Shown here: positions 51,424-60,818 of the stretch, in pieces
How the letters are laid out: each line of letters opens with the position of its first letter
Numbering within the stretch: position 1 is the stretch's first letter
Source: Acutalibacteraceae bacterium
GTDB taxonomy: Bacteria > Bacillota > Clostridia > Oscillospirales > Acutalibacteraceae
Length of the DNA stretch: 64,000 nucleotides
Direction of reading: 5' to 3'
NCBI GenBank assembly: GCA_045648745.1
Contig: JAZROM010000078.1
Span: 6,374-70,373 of the forward strand
Position numbers and translations under genes: made by a program
Notes under the pieces: model-generated
The model's database searches: none
What the model was told of the DNA's origin: nothing
Seen by the model: only the letters and a program-made list of their open reading frames with translations

Positions 51424-52548
51424 ATGAAATACGATATAGCTGCATTCATCTGGCCGTCATATACAGGCGACGAGCCGCGCACACGCATTTTCTGGCCCGA
51501 AGGCTACGGTGAATGGCAGACGGTCAAGGCAATGACGGACAGAGGCTACGACGGTTGCAGATGGCCGAGAATCCCGACCTGGGGTTACGTCAACGAAGCG
51601 GATAGCCGTGTTATGGAAATGCAGATTGACTGTGCCGTGTCGTACGGAGTGAATGTGTTTATCTACGATTGGTATTGGTACGATAACCGTCCGTTTCTTG
51701 AAAACTGCCTTAATGACGGTTTCCTTAAGGCTCGTAACAATACGGATATGAAATTTATGCTGATGTGGGCAAACCACGATGCAACACATTTGTGGGATAA
51801 GCGTAACTCGGACAACGACCTGTCAACCGTTATCTGGAGCGGTGTTGTCACTCCAGAGATTTTTTCGAACATCTGTGACAGAACGATTGAAAAGTATTTT
51901 TCTAAAGAAAATTACTATATGATTGACGGATGTCCTGTTTATATGATTTTTGAAATTGATAATTTTATTCGTTCTTTCGGAACAACACAGGAATGCAAAA
52001 AGGGGCTTGATGAATTCCGCCGAAAGACGGTTGAGGCAGGTTTCAACGGTTTGCATTTTCAGGTCGTACATTGGAGAGACCGTGTATACAATTGGTTGAA
52101 CGATGACGACGAGTGCAAGGGTGTCAACTCTTTTGTGCTTTACGACTACCTCGGCATTGATTCTGTAACAAACTACAACTGGGGAGGCTGTGCACATCTT
52201 GACGGGGAGTATGCTGATGTTACCGGAGCGTATATCGATCGGCTGGCAATCGAGTCGGAGAAGATGAATGTACCGTTTTACCCGAATATCTCGGTCGGTT
52301 GGGATAACAACGTAAGGTTCAATAAATTTATGCCGGGAGTTGTAAAAAACAATCCGCCTGAGCTTTTCAAGGCTGCGTGTGAAAAGGTAAAAGATTTTGC
52401 TGATGACTCATTGAACAAGGGCATTATGAAAGCTCCGTTTATCACGATGAACAGCTGGAATGAGTGGACTGAGACAAGCTACCTCCAGCCCGATGACCTC
52501 TACGGATACGGCTACCTCGAAGCGATAAAAGAAGTTTTTGCAGAATAA
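51424..52548 (+). CDS. WbsX-like glycosyl hydrolase/transferase family protein (PF14307-like)
   Basis: I prefer the second ATG (51424) because of its RBS spacing. Motifs are 'YDIAAFIWPSYTGDEPR' and 'INSWNEWTETSYLQPD'. The family assignment is from memory of this signature. Confidence 0.6.
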   Translation: MKYDIAAFIWPSYTGDEPRTRIFWPEGYGEWQTVKAMTDRGYDGCRWPRIPTWGYVNEADSRVMEMQIDCAVSYGVNVFIYDWYWYDNRPFLENCLNDGFLKARNNTDMKFMLMWANHDATHLWDKRNSDNDLSTVIWSGVVTPEIFSNICDRTIEKYFSKENYYMIDGCPVYMIFEIDNFIRSFGTTQECKKGLDEFRRKTVEAGFNGLHFQVVHWRDRVYNWLNDDDECKGVNSFVLYDYLGIDSVTNYNWGGCAHLDGEYADVTGAYIDRLAIESEKMNVPFYPNISVGWDNNVRFNKFMPGVVKNNPPELFKAACEKVKDFADDSLNKGIMKAPFITMNSWNEWTETSYLQPDDLYGYGYLEAIKEVFAE

Positions 52549-52571
52549 AATATTAAGGGAAAGAGATTCTT

Positions 52572-53954
52572 ATGGGTTTACAAAATTTATTGGCACAGTA
52601 TAAACAGTATAAACACGGTATAAGTCACTGTACATTTAATCCGGAAGGTCCAGGTGTTGTAAGGATTCACTTGGTTCCGCCGAAGTTCAGACTTATCTCG
52701 GACAGGACATATATAGTTATTTTAAACGGATACTATATGTTGCCGTTAGGTTATTCGTGGGCTTTACTGCTTTCTGCGTTTATGGCAGAAGTTAATACTT
52801 TTGACGGTAGACCCATAAGCGAAAAAGACGAGGAGCAGATTTTTAAGAATACCGTCAAAAAAGTGTCATCAGTATATCCCACGGTCAGCAAACAGAGTAT
52901 TGAAGAAGATTTGAATTATATTTTAAGGGTTCTTTTCGCTGTTGCAAAAGGTAATGACCCCGAGGTAGAAATTGAAAAGCTTTCTCTTCGTCAATACAGT
53001 AAACACATGACGGCGCCGCACAGAATGGATTTGCTGGTAAGCTCTATGACAGATAAAAACGGAAAGTGGCAGTGCAATCAGAAATGCCTTTTCTGTTACG
53101 CGGCAGGGCAGTGCAAAAGCAGCACAGAAGAGCTGTCAACCGAGGATTGGCAAAATATAATCGACAAACTCTACAAAGCAAAGGTTCCGATGGTAACATT
53201 TACGGGCGGCGAACCCACGATGAGAAACGATATTGATATCCTTGTTGCTCACGCAAAGAAAATGGTTACCCGCCTTAATACCAACGGTGTGAACCTGACT
53301 GCTGAATTAGTTGAGCGTTTGAAAAGTGCAGGCTTGGACAGTGTTCAGATAACATTATATTCACACAATAAAGATGTGCATAATCTGCTCATTGGCAGTG
53401 AACATTTTAAGGATACCGTTGCAGGCATAAAAAATGCAGTGAATGCCGGTTTGGATGTAAGCGTAAATACTCCGCTATGTAAAAGAAATGAGGATTATAT
53501 AAAAACTCTTGAATTTATCAAATCATTGGGAGTTCGTTTTGCTACGGTCAGTGGTCTTATCTGCACGGGAATGGCAGAAATAAATCATCAGGAATATGAC
53601 CTTTCTGAAAACGAATTGTTTGATATTGTTAAAGATGCCAAAGCTTTCTGCAATGCTAATGAAATGGAAATTGATTTTACGTCTCCCGGTCTGATTTCAA
53701 AGCAGAAGCTTGAACAAATCGGTATGAATGTTCCAATGTGCGGTGCGGCTCTGAGCAATATGGCAATTGCACCGGACGGAACGGTTGTGCCCTGTCAGAG
53801 CTGGTTGAAGGGTGACGGGACTTTGGGCAATATCCTGACCGACAGATTTTCTGATATATGGAAAAATAGGAAATGTATTGAACTGAGAAAAATGTCAGAG
53901 GATGAGGCTCTGGATTGTCCTTTTAGAAAGCAAAGCGGGGTAAAAGCAAAATGA
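52572..53954 (+). CDS. Radical SAM enzyme with a SPASM/Twitch-type C-terminal extension and an approx 170-aa N-terminal extension
   Basis: The CxxxCxxC motif is 'CNQKCLFCY'. 'FTGGEPT' is present. 'CGAALSNMAIAPDGTVVPC' fits CX9-15GX4C. Additional Cys residues occur at 'KCIELRK...LDCPF'. Confidence 0.8.
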   Translation: MGLQNLLAQYKQYKHGISHCTFNPEGPGVVRIHLVPPKFRLISDRTYIVILNGYYMLPLGYSWALLLSAFMAEVNTFDGRPISEKDEEQIFKNTVKKVSSVYPTVSKQSIEEDLNYILRVLFAVAKGNDPEVEIEKLSLRQYSKHMTAPHRMDLLVSSMTDKNGKWQCNQKCLFCYAAGQCKSSTEELSTEDWQNIIDKLYKAKVPMVTFTGGEPTMRNDIDILVAHAKKMVTRLNTNGVNLTAELVERLKSAGLDSVQITLYSHNKDVHNLLIGSEHFKDTVAGIKNAVNAGLDVSVNTPLCKRNEDYIKTLEFIKSLGVRFATVSGLICTGMAEINHQEYDLSENELFDIVKDAKAFCNANEMEIDFTSPGLISKQKLEQIGMNVPMCGAALSNMAIAPDGTVVPCQSWLKGDGTLGNILTDRFSDIWKNRKCIELRKMSEDEALDCPFRKQSGVKAK

Positions 53955-55009
53955 AAAAGAAAAAGAGAAAAGAAGTGGATAAGTTTTCTGAAGAGTATAT
54001 CAAGACACACAGAAAATTCCCTGTCAAAAATACAGTGATAATAGTTTTCTGTATTATTGCACAGATTGGTCTGGTATTTTTTGCGGCAACAACAGAACCG
54101 AAGCCTATAGATGTTATTGAAAAGTATACCGTCACGGTTGAACCGTTGGGAAACGGAACACTTGACATTGAATATTCAGTTTTGTGGAAAGCCCTGGATG
54201 CGACGGAAGATCTAACATGGGTTCAGATAGGCTTACCCAATGAAAATTGTTCTGTTTATAAGAATTCCCTTTCGGAAAATATAATGGATTACTCTTATTT
54301 GGATGAGGAAGGCTATACGGGGATAAGACTTGACTTTATAAAGGGCTACGGATACGGAGAGACAGTTGAGTTCTCTTTCAGGGTAAATCAGCGTAATATG
54401 CTTTGCAAGGACGAAGAGTCTTGTTTTTATGAGTTTGTTCCGAACTGGTTCAACAGTATACCGGTTGAATTTTATAAATTCAGATGGAAGCAGACGGAAT
54501 CTTGCACAGGAGCAGTAGGTGCAAAGGTAGAAGACGGATATTATATCTGGTCGGGAAGCCTGGACTGCGGTGAATATAAAAGTATGTTTGTCTCATACGA
54601 ACCTGATGCTTTCGGCAATGCCGAAACGGTAGAGTATATTCCGTTCAGCTCAGACGGAGCATATAATGCACTTGAAGAAGAACGCATTTTCAATATAGTT
54701 CTGTGTGTTATTATAATAATCGTGCTTCTGGGTGTTGAAATATATCTGTTGGACAGCCACGTTTCATACCACAGAGGACGAGGCTTCCTCAGGGGATACG
54801 GTCACCCGATACATATTTACGGAGGTCAGAATCCTATATATGTCAGGGAGTATAACCGAGCAAAATCCTATACAGGTCACGGAAGCGGAGGTTATCGCGG
54901 TGGCGGTTGCGCGTGTGCCTGTGCGTGCGCCTGTGCAGGAGGCGGAAGAGCGGGATGCAGCCAGAAAGATACATATACAAACATTGAAAACTACAAAAAA
55001 ACTGATTAA
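53951..55009 (+). CDS. Bitopic membrane protein (DUF2207-like layout) with a Gly-rich C-terminal tail containing (Cys-Ala)4
   Basis: The start overlaps the radical SAM stop codon (ATGA). The TM segments are 'VIIVFCIIAQIGLVFFAA' and 'IFNIVLCVIIIIVLLGVEIYLL'. The tail is 'GHGSGGYRGGGCACACACACAGGGRAGCS' (the Cys-Ala repeat is at nt approx 54908-54937). Confidence 0.7.
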   Translation: MKKKKRKEVDKFSEEYIKTHRKFPVKNTVIIVFCIIAQIGLVFFAATTEPKPIDVIEKYTVTVEPLGNGTLDIEYSVLWKALDATEDLTWVQIGLPNENCSVYKNSLSENIMDYSYLDEEGYTGIRLDFIKGYGYGETVEFSFRVNQRNMLCKDEESCFYEFVPNWFNSIPVEFYKFRWKQTESCTGAVGAKVEDGYYIWSGSLDCGEYKSMFVSYEPDAFGNAETVEYIPFSSDGAYNALEEERIFNIVLCVIIIIVLLGVEIYLLDSHVSYHRGRGFLRGYGHPIHIYGGQNPIYVREYNRAKSYTGHGSGGYRGGGCACACACACAGGGRAGCSQKDTYTNIENYKKTD

Positions 55010-55125
55010 TTTTATAAACCAAAAACATACACCCTCTACCGTCGGCAGAGGGTGTAATTTTCATTCACAATAAATCTTAATCGCTTCAGAGATGAATTTT
55101 GCTGTACCTTCTCCGTTTTGTATGT

Positions 55126-56310
55126 TTATTCGCCAAGTTTTATTTTAGCAACGGAGATTTTGTATGTCGCATCATAGCAGGGAGGGTTGTTGACATAGTA
55201 AAGCGTTGTACCGTCAGGGGAGAAGAAAAGGCACGGACTGTAAGAGCATCTGTCATAAGGGTCGAGCGTGTATGGAATCGGATTGTCAACGGGGACAAAT
55301 TTTTTGCCGTAGTCAAAGCTTATAAATATATCTGTTCCTGTATCACTTCCGCCTCTTATCGGATGCTTGCCGACGACAATCAGCGTGCCGCATTCGCCAC
55401 CGACGGGTGACCACGCAACGTATGGCGAAGAGCCGAAGGTTTTGCCTGTTGCACGGATAATTTTACCATAGTCCGCAACATCACCCCAGTCATCGAGTGA
55501 TGTTGTCTTCTTATAATAAATCGGATTTCCTTCTATACCGACCATTTCATAAACCATAAAGTATTCGCCGTTGCCCATTCTGACAACCGATGCCATACCG
55601 GGTCTGATGTCAGGGTCATCACAGGCAACACATTCAGATTTTTCACTCCAGTTAACGAGGTCGGTCGTGTACTTGTAAACAAGCTTCTGCGAATGCTCGG
55701 GATCGGAATCGTCAGAGTAAAAACAGAAAAGTCTGCCTGTTTCCTCTTCATAAATCAGATAAGGTTCCCACACACCCCAGCCTGTACCGCCTGCCTTGTC
55801 GACATTGCAGAACGCGTTGAAGGTTCTGCCGAGGTCGGTGCTTGAGTAAAGAGTGATTGTACTGTCGGTTACACCCTCACCGTAAACGGAAGTAGCAGCA
55901 AGAATAACCGTACCTTTTTCAAATTCACCCATATCGACAGGCAGTTCATATAAAAACGGCATCCACTCGTTCAAAAAGCCGGTGTTGAGATTGTCCTTTA
56001 CGGTGCTTACATAGTGCCATGTTTCTGCGTCATCGGTACTTTCATAGACGGGATATGTATCTGCCCATTTTTCAAACGTTGCAAGGAGCTTGCCGTTGTC
56101 TTCTTCGTTTTTCTGGTGACAGAGTCGGATGAGAGAGGGATATTCCTGCACATTGGTGCTGTTCTTGTCAGACGGGACATAAATATCCGTTACGCTCTGA
56201 ACTTCAAAATTAATCGGCAAGTTGTTGTATTTCACGTTGTTGGCATTCGGGAAGACCAACCCGAAAACAGTCATAAGTATAACCAATAAGTTAAAAAAGA
56301 AATTACACAT
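55126..56310 (-). CDS. Secreted BNR/Asp-box beta-propeller protein (sialidase-superfamily glycoside-hydrolase-like)
   Basis: The hydrophobic N-terminus is 'FFFNLLVILMTVFGLVF'. The Asp-box motifs are 'STDDAETW', 'SSTDLGRTF' and 'ISFDYGKKF'. Confidence 0.65.
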   Translation of the reverse strand: MCNFFFNLLVILMTVFGLVFPNANNVKYNNLPINFEVQSVTDIYVPSDKNSTNVQEYPSLIRLCHQKNEEDNGKLLATFEKWADTYPVYESTDDAETWHYVSTVKDNLNTGFLNEWMPFLYELPVDMGEFEKGTVILAATSVYGEGVTDSTITLYSSTDLGRTFNAFCNVDKAGGTGWGVWEPYLIYEEETGRLFCFYSDDSDPEHSQKLVYKYTTDLVNWSEKSECVACDDPDIRPGMASVVRMGNGEYFMVYEMVGIEGNPIYYKKTTSLDDWGDVADYGKIIRATGKTFGSSPYVAWSPVGGECGTLIVVGKHPIRGGSDTGTDIFISFDYGKKFVPVDNPIPYTLDPYDRCSYSPCLFFSPDGTTLYYVNNPPCYDATYKISVAKIKLGE

Positions 56311-56347
56311 AATTCAACCTCATTTTCAGTAAAATCTGCAAAACATT

Positions 56348-57019
56348 TTACCACACAAACGGAATCAGACGGTATTTGACTCGGGTTTTATATTCGCGGT
56401 AGCCGTCGAGTTCTTTTTCAAGCAGTTCCTCTTCGTTCTTTATGCGTTTAGCAATTATGAACGGATAGGTGAGAAAAATAAGAAAAGAAAAAACCGAGCC
56501 TAACACAATCGGCATAGACAGGAATAAAAGCAGTGTCACTGCGTACATCGGGTGACGCACGATGCCGTATAATCCGGTGTCAATTACCTTCTGATTTTCC
56601 TGAACCTCTATTGTGCGGGAAAGGTATGTGTTTTCGCGAAGTACCTCGGCATAAAGTGCGTACGCAACAAGAAACACAACACAAGCACCGATAACAACAC
56701 CTTTCGGCAATGTGTGCCAATCGAAACGGTAGTTGAGTCCTGCAACAATAAATCCTGCAAGGAACATAAGACCGCTGAGCTTTACAACAAGATTCTGCTC
56801 ACGCTCTTTTTCCTTTGCATTAAGACGCTTTTTTAAAAGTTGGGGATTCTTGAATATCATCACGATACCTGCAAGAAACATCGGGATAAATAAAATTGAC
56901 ATAAAAATCCAACCGTTGGTAAAGCTAAAAGAGCCTGCAGGCAAAAAGACCAACAAGCCGACAAGGATAACGCCCGATGCGAACTTCAATATTGCCTGAA
57001 AGAGCAGATTTTTGGTCAT
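56348..57019 (-). CDS. Isoprenylcysteine carboxyl methyltransferase (ICMT)/PEMT-family membrane methyltransferase
   Basis: There are 4-5 TM segments. The motif is 'TGLYGIVRHPMYAVTLLLF'. Confidence 0.75.
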   Translation of the reverse strand: MTKNLLFQAILKFASGVILVGLLVFLPAGSFSFTNGWIFMSILFIPMFLAGIVMIFKNPQLLKKRLNAKEKEREQNLVVKLSGLMFLAGFIVAGLNYRFDWHTLPKGVVIGACVVFLVAYALYAEVLRENTYLSRTIEVQENQKVIDTGLYGIVRHPMYAVTLLLFLSMPIVLGSVFSFLIFLTYPFIIAKRIKNEEELLEKELDGYREYKTRVKYRLIPFVW

Positions 57020-57152
57020 ATCAACACCCCGGTTACAAGTTTATGGATACATTATAGCATTGAGCGTATCATTTTTCAATATCACAGTGACTTACTTGCG
57101 GCAGGGTCAGGGATATGGTATAATAAAGTATATTGGTTAAAGAGGTTTTCTT

Positions 57153-57902
57153 ATGAGTAACATTCCGACACAAAGAGTGCTTGATAAACTTGACGAGCAT
57201 CTCGGCAGAAACGATTATGATTCTGCAGAAAAACATCTGTTATATTGGCTCAGTGAGGCAAAAGCCGTCGGCGACAAAAGGTCGGCACTGCTTTTTCTTA
57301 ATGAACTTGCAGGACTTTACCGTAAGCTCAGCAAGGAAGAGAACGCACTTTCGGTTGTTTCGTCTGCGCTTGATTTAATTGTTGAAATGGGTATCGAAAA
57401 CAACATCGGCGCTGGTACAACCTACATCAACTGCGCAACGGTTTACAAGGCATTCGGCAAGGCGGACAAGTCGTTGCCGTTGTTTGAAAAAGCAAGAAGC
57501 GTTTATGAAAACGCGTTGCCTCCCGCGGACAAAAGGTTCGGCGGTCTTTACAACAATATGGCGCTGACGCTCGTTGACCTTGAACGCTTCGATGAGGCGT
57601 ATGAACTGTATGATAAGGCAATTTCTGTTATGCAGAGTGTACCTGACGGTGACCTCGAGGTTGCAATAACTTATCTGAACATCGCAAGTGCAAAAGAAAC
57701 CGAACTCGGGGCGGTCGAAAGCGATGAGATTGTCAGAGACTATCTCGAGAAAGCAATAACAATCCTTGATAATCACGAAGAAAAAGACGGATATTATGCC
57801 TTTGTGTGCGAAAAATGCGCTTCGGTTTTCGGATATTTCGGATATTTTCTTTACGAAAAAGAATTAGGCAGGAGAGCAAGTGAGATTTATGAAAGGTCTT
57901 GA
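57153..57902 (+). CDS. Tetratricopeptide-repeat protein
   Basis: The repeated A/Y/L-pattern helices include 'LNELAGLYRKLSKEENAL', 'YINCATVYKAFGKADKSL', 'YNNMALTLVDLERFDEAY' and 'YLNIASA'. Confidence 0.65.
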   Translation: MSNIPTQRVLDKLDEHLGRNDYDSAEKHLLYWLSEAKAVGDKRSALLFLNELAGLYRKLSKEENALSVVSSALDLIVEMGIENNIGAGTTYINCATVYKAFGKADKSLPLFEKARSVYENALPPADKRFGGLYNNMALTLVDLERFDEAYELYDKAISVMQSVPDGDLEVAITYLNIASAKETELGAVESDEIVRDYLEKAITILDNHEEKDGYYAFVCEKCASVFGYFGYFLYEKELGRRASEIYERS

Positions 57903-58830
57903 ACTTTCTGAAAAGTTTTATTACGAATACGGCGAAAAGATGATAAAGGAACAGTTCCCTGAAGTTGAAAAATATCTTGCCGTCGGACTTGTCGGCAGCG
58001 GATCGGAGTGTTTCGGCTACGATGACGAAATTTCTCAGGATCACGATTTTGAGCCGGGCTTCTGTATCTTCATCCCCGATGAAGACCTGGTTGATTCTCG
58101 TACGGAGTTTGCGCTCGAAAGAGCATACGCAAAGCTTCCGAAGGAGTTTATGGGATATAAAAGAAGTCCGCTGAATCCCGTCGGAGGCAACCGACACGGG
58201 GTTATCCGCACGGATAATTTTTTTGAAATGAAGACGGGCAATAAGGATGCCGATATTTCAGCCGACGGTTGGTTCTGTATTGCAGAGCAGTTTCCGTTGG
58301 AAGCAACAAACGGCAAAATTTTCTGCGATAATTTCGGTAAAGTGACTCAGTTAAGGGAGAAAATTGCCTATATGCCTGAGGATGTGAGACTCAAAAAGAT
58401 GGCAGGCAATCTGCTTCTTATGGCGCAGTCGGGACAGTATAATTACGGCAGATGTATAAAGCGCGGTGAAACCGCCGCCGCACAGCTTGCCCTCGGTGAG
58501 TTTGTCAATGCTACGCTTAAGGTGATTTTTCAGCTGAATAAAAAATATATACCTTATTATAAATGGACTTTCCGTGCATTGAAAGGTCTTGATGTGCTGA
58601 GTGACCTGTATGACAGTCTCGAATACCTGATTTCAAGCGGAAACACGGATATGGAAGCAACCAAAAAGCAGGAGATTGTTGAAGAAATTGCAATCCGTGT
58701 GATTGACGAGTTGCATAATCAGAGTCTGACACGTATCGATTCGTACGAGCTTGAAAGACAAGCGTACGCAGTGAATGATGCTGTAAAAGATGTAAACATA
58801 CGCAATCTGAATATTCTTTACGCAGTTTAA
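57880..58830 (+). CDS. DUF4037-domain (nucleotidyltransferase-fold-like) protein
   Basis: The motif 'GLVGSGSECFGYDDEISQDHDFEPGFCIF' matches the DUF4037 signature as I remember it. The start is either the GTG at 57880 (RBS aggaga) or the ATG at 57889. Confidence 0.7.
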   Translation: MRFMKGLELSEKFYYEYGEKMIKEQFPEVEKYLAVGLVGSGSECFGYDDEISQDHDFEPGFCIFIPDEDLVDSRTEFALERAYAKLPKEFMGYKRSPLNPVGGNRHGVIRTDNFFEMKTGNKDADISADGWFCIAEQFPLEATNGKIFCDNFGKVTQLREKIAYMPEDVRLKKMAGNLLLMAQSGQYNYGRCIKRGETAAAQLALGEFVNATLKVIFQLNKKYIPYYKWTFRALKGLDVLSDLYDSLEYLISSGNTDMEATKKQEIVEEIAIRVIDELHNQSLTRIDSYELERQAYAVNDAVKDVNIRNLNILYAV

Positions 58831-58873
58831 AAAGAGAACGGATGACAGAAAAGCTGTCATCCGTTTTTAATGT

Positions 58874-59920
58874 TTATACCAATTTCCACTTCTGCTGAAG
58901 TATGTTACAGGGGTGCTCTTCGTCTTCTCTTGCATAAAAAACAGTAAGAAGCGTACCGTCATTGAGTTCAACCGTTGTCGGATATCCGAGGTCGTCGCTT
59001 TGAGTGTTTTCAAAAAGTCGGAGGTCCTTTTCCCAACTTTCACCACCGTCACGGCTGACCATTACCATAATTCCGTAAGGCTGTTTTCTGCGTCCGTAGG
59101 CAGAAATCAGGATACCTGAACTCAGCAGCTTAAGGTGGGGCGGTGCACCGCCGTCAATTTCAAGAAGCATTTCGGGGTCTGTCCACGTTTTACCATTATC
59201 GTGTGAAACGCTCTGGTAAGTGGTAAATACCGTGTCGTTTTCTGCCCTGATGTGGCAGATCAGCTTACCGTCAGGCATTTCAATCAGGTTAGGCTCGTTG
59301 AGAAATATGTTTTCGTCATCAATCGTAATTTTTCCGACAAACTCGGTCTCACCGTTTTGTGGGTTGAGCTTTACGATTTCAATTCCGCCTTCAACATCAT
59401 CAAATCTGTTTCCTGCCCAGAGAATTGTACCGTCCCTGAGCTCAACAGGACCGTGCGGAGAGGTGACAGGGGAGCGTAAAATCTCACCGAAGGTTTTGCC
59501 GCAGTCATGACTGATACGGAATGTTGAGCCGAGATATTTTTCTTCGTCTTCTGCTGTGATTGTGTCGATATAGCTCTGCACATAAGCGTTGTCCGTGTTA
59601 TGCTCCCTCTGCATTTCTGCAGAGTTATTGAAGGAGGTCACGATAACACCGCTTTCACCGAAGGTGCAGATGCCTGCATCTCTGTCGTCAAGGGGAGTGT
59701 CAATTACGGGTGCAGGCAATGTGTAGGTTTTGCCCTCGTCAGAGCTGAAAGAAAGAACAGCCTTACCGAAGGGGCAGACGTGTTCAAATCTGAAGCCCGA
59801 AGCACCCACGGCGATTCTGCCGTCCTGCAGACGCATTGCAGTCGGCCAGCCGAAATATCCATGCTTACTGTGTGGATTTGACATAATTGTTTCGGGTTTT
59901 CCGATAAGTTCTATTTTCAT
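58874..59920 (-). CDS. Cytoplasmic BNR/Asp-box beta-propeller (exo-alpha-sialidase-like) protein
   Basis: There are four Asp-boxes: 'SSDEGKTY', 'SHDCGKTF', 'SHDNGKTW' and 'SRDGGESW'. There is no signal peptide. Confidence 0.7.
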   Translation of the reverse strand: MKIELIGKPETIMSNPHSKHGYFGWPTAMRLQDGRIAVGASGFRFEHVCPFGKAVLSFSSDEGKTYTLPAPVIDTPLDDRDAGICTFGESGVIVTSFNNSAEMQREHNTDNAYVQSYIDTITAEDEEKYLGSTFRISHDCGKTFGEILRSPVTSPHGPVELRDGTILWAGNRFDDVEGGIEIVKLNPQNGETEFVGKITIDDENIFLNEPNLIEMPDGKLICHIRAENDTVFTTYQSVSHDNGKTWTDPEMLLEIDGGAPPHLKLLSSGILISAYGRRKQPYGIMVMVSRDGGESWEKDLRLFENTQSDDLGYPTTVELNDGTLLTVFYAREDEEHPCNILQQKWKLV

Positions 59921-60101
59921 ATTATCACCTCAGACAACATTATAGTAACACAAAATTAACATAAAGTCTATGGTATGTTTAATTGTAGGACACAAATTGA
60001 CAAACAATTTGGTATAAGATTGTGCATAAGTGACTGTTGATATCTCAATTGATAAAGTGTAGAATATTATTGTGCAAAAATTTTTAAAGGAGAGAGAAAA
60101 A

Positions 60102-60818
60102 ATGAGTGAAAATTTATGCTTTTATGATTTTTTTGTCAGCGAAAGCAACCGCGTTGCAACCGAACTGTGTTTTAATACGGTGAACGGTCCAACGGAGGAA
60201 GGAAAAATTCTGTTTATCAGCGGAGACTCAGGCTGCGGAAAAACGCATCTTCTCAACGCGGCATACAGAATGTTTCAGGAGCATAATCCTGACGGTAAAG
60301 CCGTTATGGTAACGCTTGAGCAGTTGGTTGAGGATTACATACTAATTATTGATTCAAGTGATGTGAAGTTGTTTTGGGAAAAGTACTCTGACATAAATTT
60401 GCTTATGGTTGACGATGTCGGATTTCTTATCGGCAAGAACGCAACACAGGAAGAACTGGCTGATATTTTTAAAAGAATGGCAGATTCGGGTACAAAGGTT
60501 ATCCTTTGCTCGGAGTACGGGCGTGAGCGTTTTGAAGCGTTTGAAAAATATTTGTTCAACTACCCGAAATGTACGGTTGCACGTATGGAAAAAGCAGATG
60601 CACAGTTGAGAGCATATGTACTTGACAAGATTCTGGCAGACGAAAATATTACACTTTCGTCTGATATACGAGATTATATTATCAACGGAAGTGACAAAGA
60701 ACTTTCGGGAATCAGAGCATACGTGTTGAGGCTTGGATTGTCGGAAATATTATACGGTACGGTGCAGGACGGCAAGGCTGTAAATCTTACGAGGGTGTAT
60801 TATGACGAGACACTTTGA
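60102..60818 (+). CDS. DnaA/Hda-like AAA+ ATPase lacking a DNA-binding domain IV
   Basis: The ATG at 60102 has the RBS aaaggagag. Walker A is 'GDSGCGKTHL' and Walker B is 'LLMVDDVGF'. 'QEELADIFKRM' resembles the DnaA box VI/VII region. Confidence 0.6.
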   Translation: MSENLCFYDFFVSESNRVATELCFNTVNGPTEEGKILFISGDSGCGKTHLLNAAYRMFQEHNPDGKAVMVTLEQLVEDYILIIDSSDVKLFWEKYSDINLLMVDDVGFLIGKNATQEELADIFKRMADSGTKVILCSEYGRERFEAFEKYLFNYPKCTVARMEKADAQLRAYVLDKILADENITLSSDIRDYIINGSDKELSGIRAYVLRLGLSEILYGTVQDGKAVNLTRVYYDETL

